Source: Phoronis australis
Taxonomy: Eukaryota; Animalia; Phoronida
DNA length: 64,000 nucleotides
NCBI GenBank assembly: GCA_002633005.1
Contig: NMRA01000083.1
Span: 7,537 to 71,536 of the forward strand
Reading direction: 5' to 3'
Part shown: in pieces, positions 26,787 through 39,136 of the stretch
Layout: each line of letters begins with the position of its first letter
Position numbering within the stretch: position 1 is the stretch's first letter
Notes under the pieces: generated by a model
The model's input: the letters and a program-made list of their open reading frames with translations, nothing else
Told to the model about the DNA's origin: nothing
Databases searched by the model: none
Program-made: the position numbers and the translations under genes

Positions 26787-29700
26787 CCCAGCCAACCCGT
26801 GATCGAGAACGCCCGGAAGGCGATCGACAGCGAGACCTTGCACCAAAAATGGCAGACGACAGTGACGTACCCGATGAGTTTAAGTGTCATTTTATTCTTA
26901 CATAGAGACAACTTTGGTACAAATGCGACAAACAGAAAAGCGTTGGATTGTAGCTTTCGTTGTGGATCTGAAATAACACTTAGCTTTTGCTTATTTTTTA
27001 AAATAAAGAGCTCAGAAAGCAATAGCTTTCGGTAAAATGCCTTGCGCCTCGTAAAATCAACATTTTCTACTTGTTAATAGCAATTCCAGGGTTCTTAAGT
27101 AGAGACGTGTGACGTTTATAGTTTAATAGTCCCTGGTGACACCTTTGTAAGTTATGATTTGTGAAACAATTCGAGATATTTACCAATACAAGCAGGTTCT
27201 TGTGTGAGACAGCGATCGGGAACGAAGTCGTTAATTCTCTATGGCGATCGTGAACGCACATTGTTTTCTCAGCATAAGCCTTGAATAGTCGTTCAAGTTA
27301 CGGTAATATGTCAATAATTTTAGAATAATACGGACCCTGAATTAGTTGATGGGTTGGTTATTAATTATGTTCCATCGTTTTTTCATGATTTCTTTGTGAG
27401 ATTTAGACTAACAAACATAACTGAATGCGTTTGATTTTATTCAGTTGAACTGTAACCACACAACGAGTGCTTCAGGGTGTTAAAGTCCACGCCTTCAAAA
27501 AAGAGTAGTACAACTGCTGCATATCACAAAGGAACGTACGTGTCTGTGTTGCGGAGCTTCATTTAGGAACTACGAAATCGACTTAGTGTGACCATATGGG
27601 AATAAAACACATTGACACTACATCAAACAAGGCCTTTGATTGACGCGTTGCATGCGTCAAGAGTTTTTTTTACCGATATAGGAAAACACAACATGAAGCA
27701 TCGTGCTCAGGAACTAAGACGATTCAGAGCTAGTGTTCTATCTGTGATAAATGCTTCACGGAAAGAGTGAGCCTGACGCGACACATTGCGCCACAGTACG
27801 AGGACACCTCTTTCTGTGGTGAATGTGGCATGTCATGCAAACAGTATGCCTCCTCCAGGCACAAGAAGAAACGCCATGAATGAAATCATTAAGTCCAGTG
27901 GTGAAGATTATTAAGTCGCAATAGTTTATTCAGATTTTACAAAGTTTATGGTTGGCAGTTGTGTCTGATGTAATAGTATTTTGACCGTTTTATTTTGAAC
28001 CTTTTTTCCTCAAGTTTCTTTCTGTACTTTTGTGTTATTTCAAAAGGATTTTTAACAGAACCAGTGCATTTTGTAGTGTTTAGGTAAATTTAAATGACCA
28101 TACTAAGTGTCATTGGACATTACTTACATACAATTGCTTTGACCATTAGTATTTTAAAAGAAAATATATGTCTATGATTATTGTAGAAATTGCTTTCATA
28201 GTGTTGTTGATTTGCTGTGAGAGACTACAAATCAGTCCAAAATACATTGTCTATAATTCAGTGATGATTTAGTCTAATACATTCCAAAAGTAATTCGTAA
28301 GAAATGTTTAGTGGATTTGTAATGTTGATTCACCTAAAGCAATATTTCATACATTTTTGTATGACCAATTTTGAGGTATGTGTGATGATTTTCATCATGG
28401 AAATGTTATGATATTGTTGTGGATTTCCTGTGTAAATCACTACAGTGTGTAGTTGCAGTGACGTTAAAGACAACATGTTGACTATGTTTTGAGAAAATCA
28501 CAGTATAGTACGTGTATTATAACTGTCTCATTCTTTTCAATGTCACATTAAACTGGAGATCATGAACTGAAGATGCACGGTGAACTTAGGACCAAGACTA
28601 CAAAACAGAAGAGTCAAACACAACGTACATCCAAGCCACACGAGTGCCACAAGTCAATCTGTTCATCTCTGTATCGATGTCATCAGTAAAGCATTAAGTA
28701 AAATCCCACCCGTTTTATCAGCTCAACATATTACACAACTTCAGACAACTTTTTAAATCCCAGACATTCACGAGTCGGAGCCTTTGAATCATCTCATGAC
28801 TGGTGTTGCCCCACTCCTCACACTGCCCATGGCCAAGCTCGTCACCTTTCTTTGACTTCACTGGCTATTTGTTTTTTTTTTTCCTTTTGCTGTCACAATT
28901 TTGCAGGAAGATTCGACACTCGCTTTCATCTGCTGTTTACCCCTGGCTGACACACCACATGGAACAACTCCTGGTTGAGTTTTCAGTTTAGAACCCCTTG
29001 TTCCCAGTGGTTTCGTCTTAAAGTAGATGCCTGTATCTCAAAACCATGGTAGGGTGTACTTTCACGTCGTGGGTAACATGTTCGTTGAAGCTCGCCTCAC
29101 AATAACAGTGAACTTGTTTCCTGAAATGAAAAAATTCATTTTTGAAAATATCTATAACTAAAATAATATGCTTGAAGTAAATGTAGTGCTCAAGGCGATT
29201 TGCTGGTAATATGCTATGCTATTGTTTAGTTTTGATACGAAAGTAACACAGTCATGACGCAAAATGTGATTAATTCATTGCACCACACTTACTTTGTAAC
29301 CTTTTTCACCTTTGATAAGTAATTACTGTTCGACACACCACGATGCGTTCCGATTGCATCAACAAAACACAAATTTGCGTTCCCAATCGCTTATCTTTGC
29401 GTTCTCGATCACATCATTCAACAGAAAAGTGATGTAAAATTCAGAGAACTTCACAAAACTACAAAAAACAAGCGTTGCGTTATATTTTCTCACACGTCAT
29501 TTCTCCATAACTTCATGGTCAATTTATTGATTTAGTACCAAAAATAACCGCAATTTGCCAAAATGACATACAAATCACCTTCGACTCGTGCGATGCCTCG
29601 GTTAACGTAACTTTTCTTCAATAATTGGGAGAGACACTAGCCTAAATCTCTACCTGCCCTTCCTCAATGTGTTACGCCTTGAACTCATGTCTCTGTTTTT

Positions 29701-29821
29701 ACACTGGAAGTAAAAACAACGAAAATTCATCAAAATTTACTCACCTTCCCTGGCTTCGCTTCGCGCGCCAAATTTCGTTCTCTATCGCCTTCCGGGCGTT
29801 CTTGATCGCGGGTTGGCGGGG
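26787..29821. mobile_element. Non-autonomous TIR element, CACTA/EnSpm-like
   Basis: TIR CCCAGCCAACCCGTGATCGAGAACGCCCGGAAGGCGAT matches the reverse complement of the right end at 35/38. The subterminal motif G(C/T)GATCGNGAACGC recurs near both ends in opposite orientations (~27212, ~27244; ~29377, ~29399). TSD not evident. Confidence 0.7.
27541..27883 (+). pseudogene. Degenerate C2H2 zinc-finger array inside the TIR element
   Basis: 27734-27883 reads CSICDKCFTERVSLTRHI...FCGECGMSCKQYASSRHKKKRHE*. A further CLCCGASF remnant starts at 27541. Confidence 0.7.
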
Positions 29822-29844
29822 TTGAACAGGGCATCCTGAAGAAG

Positions 29845-30030
29845 GACAAGTGGCTTATGGCTTTCCACCCAGACAAGTGTAGTGCCCTCAACCTCACCAG
29901 AAAACGTTAAATCCAACCTGTCTCCTATGTACTTCACAATCACACGCTAATGTCGGTCAAGGCGACTAAATACGTGGGCGTTACTATCTCGCATGACCTC
30001 AAATGGTCATCCCACATATAAGTAACATCC
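29845..30030 (+). mobile_element. CR1-type LINE RT C-terminal fragment
   Basis: DKWLMAFHPDKCSALNLTRKR*...YVLHNHTL...KYVGVTISHDLKWSSHI. Confidence 0.8.
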
Positions 30031-30039
30031 AGAAGAATG

Positions 30040-30960
30040 CAAATAAAACTCTGGGCTTTAGTTAGGCTTTTTCTTCTTTGTGATCTCAATAAGCGGGGCG
30101 GTGATTTCAGCGAAGTTTGGGATGAACTTCCTGTAGTAGCAAGCCAACCTGAGAAAAGAACGAACTTGTTTCTTCGCTCTGGGTCGTGGTGCGTCTCAAC
30201 GTTTCTTCATCCATTGCCAGGTGCCCTACGCCGACCACATGTCCAATGACGGAACGAGGTGCAACCGAACACTTGGTGGGTCGAATCGTTAGTCCAGCCT
30301 CTCGTACACGTTGGAAGGTGACTCTCAAGGTGGCAAAGTGTTCGGGCCAGGTCTTATTACGGCACATAATGTTCTGTATTATGTGCTCCTGCCAACATCT
30401 TCCTCATTATGCGATTGAAGGTCGCTGCCGAAATCACCAGACCAAATGGCACTACAAACGAGGTCTTAGGCCGGGATCCTTCGGCGACAATGACTTGCCA
30501 GTATCCTTTACTTAGATCATTCTTAGTAAAATACTGGTCTTTAGTGATCTTAGCCATGATGTCATCGGGATTGCCCATCGTTTCCGAATCAAACTTTGTG
30601 ATGACATTCAAACGACGAAAATCGATGCAGAATCGATTTGAACCATCATTCTTCTTCACTAAGACCACCGGAGAGTTGTAGGGAGCATCGGATGGTTCTA
30701 TGACTCCACACTTTAACATTTTGTCAATTTCATCATGCACAACAGGCCGTGTGGCATATGGCAGGGCATATGGCTTGACTCTCATCGGCTCTTCACCGGT
30801 GGTCTCAATCTTCTGCTAAACCAGATTGGTCGTACCCGGTAGCTCACTAAAGATATCAGAGTACTCTTCTAGAAGACTTGTCACCTCCCTTCGTTGGCTA
30901 GTTGTGAGCTAGTCTGATATCTTGACATCTTTGTATGTTTCTTTTGGTTTGTTGATCCCA
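30040..30960 (-). mobile_element. Ty3/Gypsy pol (reverse transcriptase) fragment
   Basis: KPYALP...EIDKML..GVIEPSDAPYNSPVVLVKKNDGSNRFCIDFRRLN...DLSKGYWQV...PFGL, then EHFATLRVTFQRVREAGLTIRPTKC. YxDD is deleted and no LTRs are seen. Confidence 0.92.
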
Positions 30961-31149
30961 GCTCTAGTAGGTGACCACCATCGACAACACCAACTTAATT
31001 ATCCATTTCAGGCTAAAGTACAGTTGTGTCTGCGATGTCAGAATTCTGATCTGCAGCCCCACTTAAATCACGAGATATATAATCATATCAGTCCTTCTCA
31101 GTGGCAGAATTATTCTCAGGAATTATTGAATAAATATCGATGAAGAGGA

Positions 31150-32157
31150 GGTTTTCCAGGATCAAATTCATCCACAAAACACAAACCATGAACTTATTTG
31201 TGACGATTGCAGTCAACATCAGCCGGTCGAGTTGAATAACGCTATTACGGAGGAGGAAATAAACGAGTCTATTGATTCATTAAAAAATGATAAATCCCCT
31301 GGAGTCGAAGGGATACCTGGAAAATTGTTAAAGTTATGTAAACTTTTAATCATCAATCAACTTCTGTTACTTTTTGATAAAACATTGTCAAGTCATTATA
31401 TGCCTGAAAATTGGTGCAAGTCATTAACTGTCCCACTTCATAAAAAGGAAGTCCTAGTGACGTTAATAATTATAGAGGGATGTCGCTACTTAAAATATTA
31501 AGCAGTCTTTTTAATCATTATCAATAAAAGGTTGCTACTTTGGGCAGATGATAATAATATACTGTTTGAAGAACAAGCCGGATATAGAAAAGGGTACAGC
31601 AACGTAGATCACATCTTCACATTAAATGCCCTGGTACAAAAATATTTACGCAAAAGAAAGGGGAGATGTTATGTTTCATTTATTGATTTTGCCAAAGCCT
31701 TTGACTCTGTCCAACACAAGATTCTGTTTAATATCATCATAGTAAATGGTATACATGGAAATGTTTTGAAGGTTGTGAAATCGCTGTACAAGAACTTAAA
31801 ATCATGTGTAAGAGTTCATGGTCTACATGAAGTGTTAGTTGTAATACAGGCGTTAGACAGGGGCGCATCCTTAATTCCTTTTTGTTTACATTGTTCCTAA
31901 ATGAACTGGTTATGATGTGGAAAGATTCTCAGTGTTCCGGTGTTTTTATAGATCCCCAGTCACCTGATATTTTATGCTTATTGTATGCTGGCGATATAGC
32001 AACCATTTTGTCAATTCCTAGCAATCTGCAAAAACAAATTCAAGTTCTTGAAAATTTCTGTGACAGAGTTGGAATGGATGTAAACATGTCTAAAACTAAT
32101 ATCATGATTTTTCGAAATGGCGGGCCACTCAAGATGTATGAGAAATGCAACGCATGA
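31150..32157 (+). mobile_element. LINE RT fragment (RTEX-like)
   Basis: KSPGVEGIP, VPLHKK, EEQAGYRKGYSNVDHIFTL, FIDFAKAFDSV, LLYAGDI and VNMSKTNIMIFRNGG spread over three frames. Confidence 0.85.
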
Positions 32158-32492
32158 ATGCAGACACACATTTTTTTTCCAAATCAACACGTGTTAACTT
32201 CATAGAAGGGAATACAGGAAAGTAATGAATTTAGATTAGATGTTTATCAGTTAAAGACAAAGAGATAGAACTTGTCCTTTTTCGCAGGAAAGCAAAACAG
32301 TGCTTAGAATGTTTAACTTTTCAATATCGACGTTAATACTTCTAATATACATGTAAAATATTTTATAAAAGTGTGCTTTAAATCAAGAAAGCTTCTCAAA
32401 TCCCTGTGTTTAATCAACAAAGTTCTCATACATGTAGGTCGATGGCACTTCTGATACATTGCTCCGCGTATAAGCCACTGGTCGTAGCCAAC

Positions 32493-32620
32493 CGATTGCC
32501 AATCCGTAACAACAGATTGGCAATCCGTAATAACAGACTGGCAATCCGTGATTACAGATTGGCAACCATATTTACAGATTGGCAATCGTAATTAAAGATG
32601 GGCAATCCGTATCAACAGAT
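32493..32620. repeat. 21-bp minisatellite (~6 copies)
   Basis: Variants of gattggcaatccgtaa(c/t)aaca in tandem. Confidence 0.9.
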
Positions 32621-32659
32621 TCAAATTTTACTTTTCCATGACACTAATGGTCTCCGTAC

Positions 32660-32812
32660 ATTTATGAAAGGAACACGTTCAAATTCGCATGATCATACAT
32701 CAATGGGTTTTGGAGGTAAAGCAGCGGACGCCGGACGGGCGGAAGAACGGACGGACGGGGATGACGGCATAATGCGTCCACATATATATATATATATGTG
32801 GGCGCGTAAAAA
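32660..32812 (+). mobile_element. HINE 3' fragment
   Basis: gttttggag..a.agcagcggacgccggacg microsatellite and terminal stem-loop atgcgtccac(at)n gtgggcgcgt followed by an A-run. Confidence 0.85.
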
Positions 32813-32886
32813 TGTGTCCCAATACCTTTTGTTTACGGTGACATACATTACATGTAACAGGATCATATATTTTTTCTTCTATGGAA

Positions 32887-33285
32887 AGTCTTACACTGAA
32901 GCCAATGTAATGAGCTATCCACAGCACATTGCAAAGCTAAATAATAGATGTTTCCCTATTTTTATCTATCAGAAAACCTTTATCTGCAAATGTCGGATAG
33001 GCGGGGTAATTAGTTTATCAGATCTTTTGTAAATGTCACTGCATCCTTAATTTTTACTGAAGAATGTAATTGTATCACACCACACCAAAGGTCCAATTGA
33101 ATGTATAATTTTGGAGCAACTATGTAGAATTCATACTTTAAAGTTTTGTCGTGATAGGGCAGAAAAATTTTGAACCATTGAAAATATTTATTTATCTGCT
33201 GGTATAACTAGTCATTTATATGATCACTCTGCTTCATTTCCTGTTTATGTTACTATTACACCCTGTTACTTTTCGCATTTTGGTA
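32887..33285 (+). repeat. Diverged direct duplicate of ~17225-17750
   Basis: See the feature at 17225. Confidence 0.8.
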
Positions 33286-34449
33286 GCGCTCTTGGTTTTT
33301 AGAATCAGAAAATATTGTTTAAACCAGTCAGTTACGGGAAAATTTTTTGTCAAAAATATTTGTGGAGGCCAATGCGATTGCACAGCACATGCTAATGAAA
33401 TGTTTATCAGAGGATACTACACTGACGTGGACGAAGTCGAAAGGATAATTTTAGGAGGGCGCATCAGGGCGTTGGCGCATTTTTGTTTATTGAAACGGGA
33501 TGTCATAATATATGTACCGTGCGGCCATCCGTCGCGTTAGTTTCATCTTAAATATTGTTCAACTAGGAATTTAATTGATACCAGCCGGTTGTTAACACTT
33601 TCGTCTTGTACTTTCGTGAAAAAATACCGCAAAGTTGTTGACAAGTTTGCTGGTAGACATCCCGACATCCTCTCCTACAAATCAGTGTTTTGGTATAGAT
33701 AAGCAGCAAACGAGAACTATTACCTGCCATTTTGTTACTGTTACAGAAACAATTTAACAGTAAATTTAGAGGAAACCAATTGTGTTAACTCTGTTATTAA
33801 AATTTGTTCGTGAACACTGCGTAGTGAAAAATACACAACCTGTAAAATCTTTTCATTAGAAGTGGGAAATCTTGGACACTTATTTATTTATTTATGAATG
33901 AGATCACGTGTGACTGTGTGCCTCAGTGAATGTTTGAATGATAAGCGTTTAATGTTCTACTAGAGATTTAGGAAACTCCAAAACGCTTCATGTAAAGATT
34001 CTAAAGCATGTTTGGGGGATTTTATCAAATACTGTTTCCGTGACTTCCCACTGAATAATTATAGTGCTTCCATAGAAAGATGAGAGCATTGTTCAACTGA
34101 AACTCTATCCTCGCTGTGTCACAATATGGATTCGATGCTTGGAGACGCGGCTCATTTCCAACAGTTATCTATTAACTCTCACGAATTTCGCGGATTTTGC
34201 AAAGAATTGTCGAGATTATGTAATTTTTTTCATACTCGGTCTCCGAAACCATGTTGGGATTTTTGATTGCTTGCTTACTTTTGAATTTTAACCTTAATTA
34301 ACTTTAAAAAAGCATATAGTGTAGATACAAGAGATGGTAGCTCTTTTAAACAGTCCCACTAAATCCAACAATGCCAGTAAATTAATCACTAGGGTGTCAT
34401 AGCCCGACAGCAATGCTCTCCTCGATAGGAACACACCTGTCAAGAATGT

Positions 34450-35080
34450 AAAAAGTTAGAACTGGCAGTGCGGGCACACACTGATAGTCGGATCCGTCCG
34501 AAAGTCGTGATCACCCGTTGTCACTTTCATATAAATACACTCGGCAAATTTGACAAAATCCTGCAAGGACGCAAAAAATGCCAGTAGGAGGAGCCACTGT
34601 AGTCAGAGCCGGTTGAAAAATATCGTCAGCCGTCCTCCTTCCAGCCGCAGCATAAATATATGTCAATTTTCATAATCTTTCTAACAGTGGTTTGACCTAT
34701 TCAGGGACGGCCCGTAAATAACAGTAAAACTGGTCACTAGGTGGCACAAAATATGTCGAATAGATCTTAAACCGTGAAGGTGGCATATTCTTAATAGAAA
34801 CTTATTCGACAAATTTCATGAAAATCCGTTAAGGAAGTCCAAGGATAGAGACGCAAACATAAAAAATAAAGTTCCACTAGGGGGCAAACCGGTTGTCGGA
34901 TCAGACCTAAAATTTGCTCACGCCGTCCCATTCATAAAAGAAACGCATCTGCAAAATGTCATGAACATACATTGAGGAGTTTTGGAACTGCAGTAAAGGA
35001 CGCGAGACGGCAGCCGGACGGACGGACAGACAGCGATGCGGCATAATGCACCAACATATAATATGTGGGCGTATAAAAAC
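34450..35080 (+). mobile_element. HINE copy (5'-truncated, more diverged)
   Basis: Same internal units (tagtcggatccgtccgaaag; cactaggtggcac; ccactagggggc), a CGGA microsatellite and a terminal stem-loop. Confidence 0.85.
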
Positions 35081-35211
35081 ATTGTTTGGGGTAAATTTCA
35101 TTAGTTTTAAAGCAGATGTCTATATTTTTTCGCTAGGGCCCAGTAGCTTTATTGTATTACTATGATGAACAGTCTCCTCAGCTTATAATAATAAATCTAT
35201 GTTACACTTAC

Positions 35212-35320
35212 TGTCAACTATCACCGGTAGCTGTAAATCACTCCGTATGATTACGTACACCGTAGTTAAGATGACGGAAGTCAATAATACTAGAAACATA
35301 AATTTTGCCTCTGCAGCCAT
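35212..35320 (-). CDS. Probable first coding exon of the fucosyltransferase (type II membrane signal anchor)
   Basis: Kozak-like ACAGCCATGG, with an in-frame TGA 9 codons upstream. Encodes MAAEAKFMFLVLLTSVILTTVYVIIRSDLQLPVIVD, then A|GTAAGT (phase 1), which joins the phase-1 acceptor at 24502 to give AAA=K and a 376-aa protein. The exon starts after a tttcttttcag acceptor at 35404. Confidence 0.8.
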
Positions 35321-35924
35321 GGCTGTCCTTGGTTGATGCAATATTCATAAGATCTCCTCGATGCTCTTTACTCAAAGTTGCAGTCGCAAACTAAAGGGAT
35401 ATACCTGAAAAGAAATTATGTTTGTAATGTTGTGGTGAAATCCAGACTTGCGTGTGTTTCGTGAAAACTGATCAACTCGCTATTCATGAGATACGCCCCA
35501 GTACCAAGGTTCTAATCTCCGAGCTCAACCTCAAACTCAAACTTGTTTTTTATATTTTTGCTGTAGTTAAAAGAATAACTCTTTCCGTTCACGAAATTCA
35601 TTTTTCTCAAACCATTTGTACTTTTCAATATCAAATGGCTTGATTTATAGTTAATTATCACTCGACGTACAAAGATTGAGCGTAGTATCATTACAACTCC
35701 CAATATTGATATGTCCGATCTTCATTCATCAAGGCGTACATAAACCCACGCTCCGCACACGAAGCAAACTCCTGAACTTACAACTATAGAATTGGTCTCA
35801 ACTTGTTCTTTACTCAGGTGAGAAATGTTTTTGAGGTAAGAAAAGAACTGATGTAGTTCGTTATTCGTTGAGACCAAGTTCTGCGCATACAATAGCACGC
35901 CGTGATCGGCCAAGTTATAGGCAT

Positions 35925-36017
35925 GGGGTCCGTTCCAAGAAAACTGTCTTAGCTAAGACAAATCTTAAACTTAAGTCAAAAATGAGCTTAAGTCAGTTTT
36001 TTTTTGGAACGGGCCTC
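35925..36017. mobile_element. Small MITE (~93 bp)
   Basis: TIRs ggggtccgttccaagaaaactg / cagtttttttttggaacgggcctc, with internal cttaag-type repeats. Confidence 0.6.
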
Positions 36018-37360
36018 GGGCTATATTCTCTGATGAAAATTAAGCATGTAAAAAATTTAACAACACAAAATAATTTCTGTTAAAAAGCCATTCTAGTTCT
36101 CAACGGTCGTATGCATGCAGACCCACAACTCCCTCAGGATCAAAACATCGTTTTGTCTTCGTTTTCCCTGGCATCTTTTCTACCATAATGTAAACCTCGA
36201 TGACTCAGTATTATGGCGACTCGCTGAATGAAAGGTACACGATACGGAGCAGTTCAACGCCTGGTGAGAGATTCGATTTAAGTGACAGCACTGTATTATT
36301 TGGCCTCGGATAAGTAGTGCACAATTTTCCACGCGGTTGTGCGGTTCCAAGGTGGTTCTGCTAATCATGGTATAATATACAAACTCGACGTTCGGACAAA
36401 ATGGGACTCAATATGGCGGACAGTTGATATAATATATTTCGTATTTGAAGTTCTCCGAGAATGAAGATAAGTATTTTACTAGACATTTGTGAAGTATTGT
36501 AAACATGGCCAATTTTGTGACTAAAGCTTCATATGTCCTTAAAGTCCGAGGTCACTTATCAGCTGCGTGTCCTATGCATGGATTGCACGCACATCCAAAG
36601 AATTTGATAGGTAATTTGACATTTCGCAGTTCCGATCTCATGATCACGACGCGCTTTAAGCACCCACTCCATTTCTTATATTCATTTCGTACAGTTTCAT
36701 ACATGTATCATCTCCCGGCACCTGGTGTGAAAAGCAATGAACTTAAAAGTGCGTCATCAGTTGATCCCACCTACATGGGACTGGATACGGTAACAAAATT
36801 AACATTTTAGCGATAATCAAGTTGATTACGCACTGCAAATTCAGTTGGCATTGCAAGTGAATGTTGAAATAGCGAACATGGTTAAAGGCATGTACAGGTT
36901 ACAATTTTCACCGAAGAATTAACGGGGAAGACCTTGAGATTTTCACTTGTACCAACCTTATCGGCCTTTTCTCGGATTCGGCAAACCGACTTAATGTGAG
37001 CTTAGAAAGAAACACGAGTTCTCGAAAACGGCTTGGTGGATTTCGCTGAAACTTTCCAAAGTTTATATTTATTCATCAATCTCAAAAATGTTTTCAGGAT
37101 TTTCGATGTAAAAAAAAGGCGTAATGTAACAAAAATGAATACGACTGCTATTTTTAACAATACCTTTTTGAGTTGATTTGTCATTGAAACGAAACTAAAA
37201 GATTGATCAAAACCTCCTTACAGCTCTTTTGAGGTAACTGGTGAAGTTTTCGTTTAAAAAAATGCTTCATTGAAATCGACCTAGGCGTTATTTTGCTATG
37301 AATGTTCCTTTCCTAAAAATGAAATTTTTGACTTAAAAAATGTTAAGAGTGCCTAAGTAT

Positions 37361-39136
37361 AACAAGAGCAACGCGCAATGCGCCCACGAATGTATAGCAA
37401 ATGGTGAGCTTTTAGGGTTATTTATTTGTATCAAAAATGGCCACTAGATGGCGCAAAAACGTACAGTCCATTCAAAAACGGAACATGCCATATTTCATAA
37501 AAATCTGTCAAGGAACTTCAGAGAAACAAAGGAAAACAGAACAAAATGAAATTGCCACTTGTAGGCACAGCGTCTGTTCGATCTGTCTGAAAGTCGTCGA
37601 CTGTTATCTTCAAATCTTATTCACTTACTAAATTTAATAAAGTGGGTTTTCGAGATACAGCTATGGGTGCAAAACAAAACAAAACTACCACTAAGAGGCA
37701 CCACAGTAGTCAGTCGCCATCATCAAACGTCCTCTTCACACTGAAAACATATACGCCAATTTTCAAAACCATACCTAGAATGATTTGGTTGATAGAGGGG
37801 TGGACGCCAAATACAAGATTTGAAAACAACAAAAAATGGCCACCAGGTGGCGCAAAATACCTCGATTCCATCCAAAAACAGGATGATAGCGTCATCTCAC
37901 CAATAGATGCCTATATTCAAAATTTCATGAAAATCCTTCGAGGACCTTTGAAGATAGACTGGTAAACGTAAAAAACTAAAATTGCCACTACGGGGCACAC
38001 CAGTAGTCAGATCCGCCCGAAAGTCGTCGTCATTCATTGTCAAAATCATATAAATGCACTTGCTAAATTAAGTAAAGATAATGCAAACGATTTAATAGAT
38101 ACAGCCATGAGCGCAAAAAACAAAACTGCCACTAGGAGGCACCACAGTAGTCGAACTCGTTGGAAAATTCTGGTCAGCCGTCCACTTCATACTAAAAACA
38201 TACATGCCAATTTTCACAATTATCGAGAAAGCGGTTTGGTTAATAGACGAGTGGAGTCAAAAAAACAGACTCGAAAAGAGTAAAAATGGCCACTAGGTGG
38301 CGCAAACTAGGTCGAATCCATCTGAAAACGGAGAGATAGCGTCACCTCATTAACAGATGCTTGTATGCCAAATTTTATGAAAATACGTTGAAGACCTTTG
38401 CTAACATCATATAAATACACTTACAAAATTTAGTAAAGATCCTGCAAACGGTTCAGAAGATACAGCCATAGGCGCAAAAAACTGCCACTAGGACGCGCCA
38501 CAGTAGTCGAAGTCGTCGGAAAATCATCGCCAACCGTCCACTTCATAGTTAATATAAAAATATAATAATCGCAGGCGGTCTGATACACGTTGTAACAGAC
38601 GTGCGCAGGCCTCGCATGTGGGCCCATTGCACTGATCACCTGGAAATATTTTTTATGCTTTATTGATATATGGTTAAAACCGAGCTGAGGAGCTAGAAAC
38701 CTGGCTCAAGGGTTTAGCAGTTAGAACATACATACCAATTTTCACAATCATCCTTTGAGCGATCTGGTTGATAGAGCGGTGGACGCAAAAAACAGACTCG
38801 AGAACAGTAAAAATGGCAACTAGGTGGCGCAAACTACGTCAAATCCATCCGAAAACGAGACGAAAGCGTCACCTCACTAATAGGTGCCTATATACCGAAT
38901 TTTATGAAAATCCGTTCATGACTTTTCAAGAAACAGAAGTAAACGTAAAAAACTAAAATTGCCTCTAGGGGGCACACCGGTAATCGCATCCGTCCGAAAA
39001 TTCACTCATGCAGTTCCATCTACAGAAGGAACACATGTGCAAAATTTCATGAACATCGTCAAGGCGTTTTGGAGACAGAGCAGCGGACGCCGGACGGAGA
39101 TGACGGCACATATAAATATGTGAGCGCATAAAAAAC
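37361..39136 (+). mobile_element. HINE copy with expanded internal array (~10 units, three-unit higher-order repeat)
   Basis: AACAAGAGCAACGC...gcgcccac start. Units cycle A/B/C with a ~430-450 bp period. An unrelated ~170-bp insert lies at ~38560-38725. Ends cggacgccggacgg...tgtgagcgcataaaaaa. Confidence 0.88.

Noticed and set aside
32493-32620. CRISPR-like appearance of the 21-bp repeats, and of the regularly spaced HINE cores
   Set aside because: No unique spacers, no cas genes and a eukaryotic context; these are tandem repeats.
35722-35913. 63-aa ORF as the fucosyltransferase N-terminus
   Set aside because: No ATG, no anchor before the donor and the wrong phase; better read as 5' UTR.
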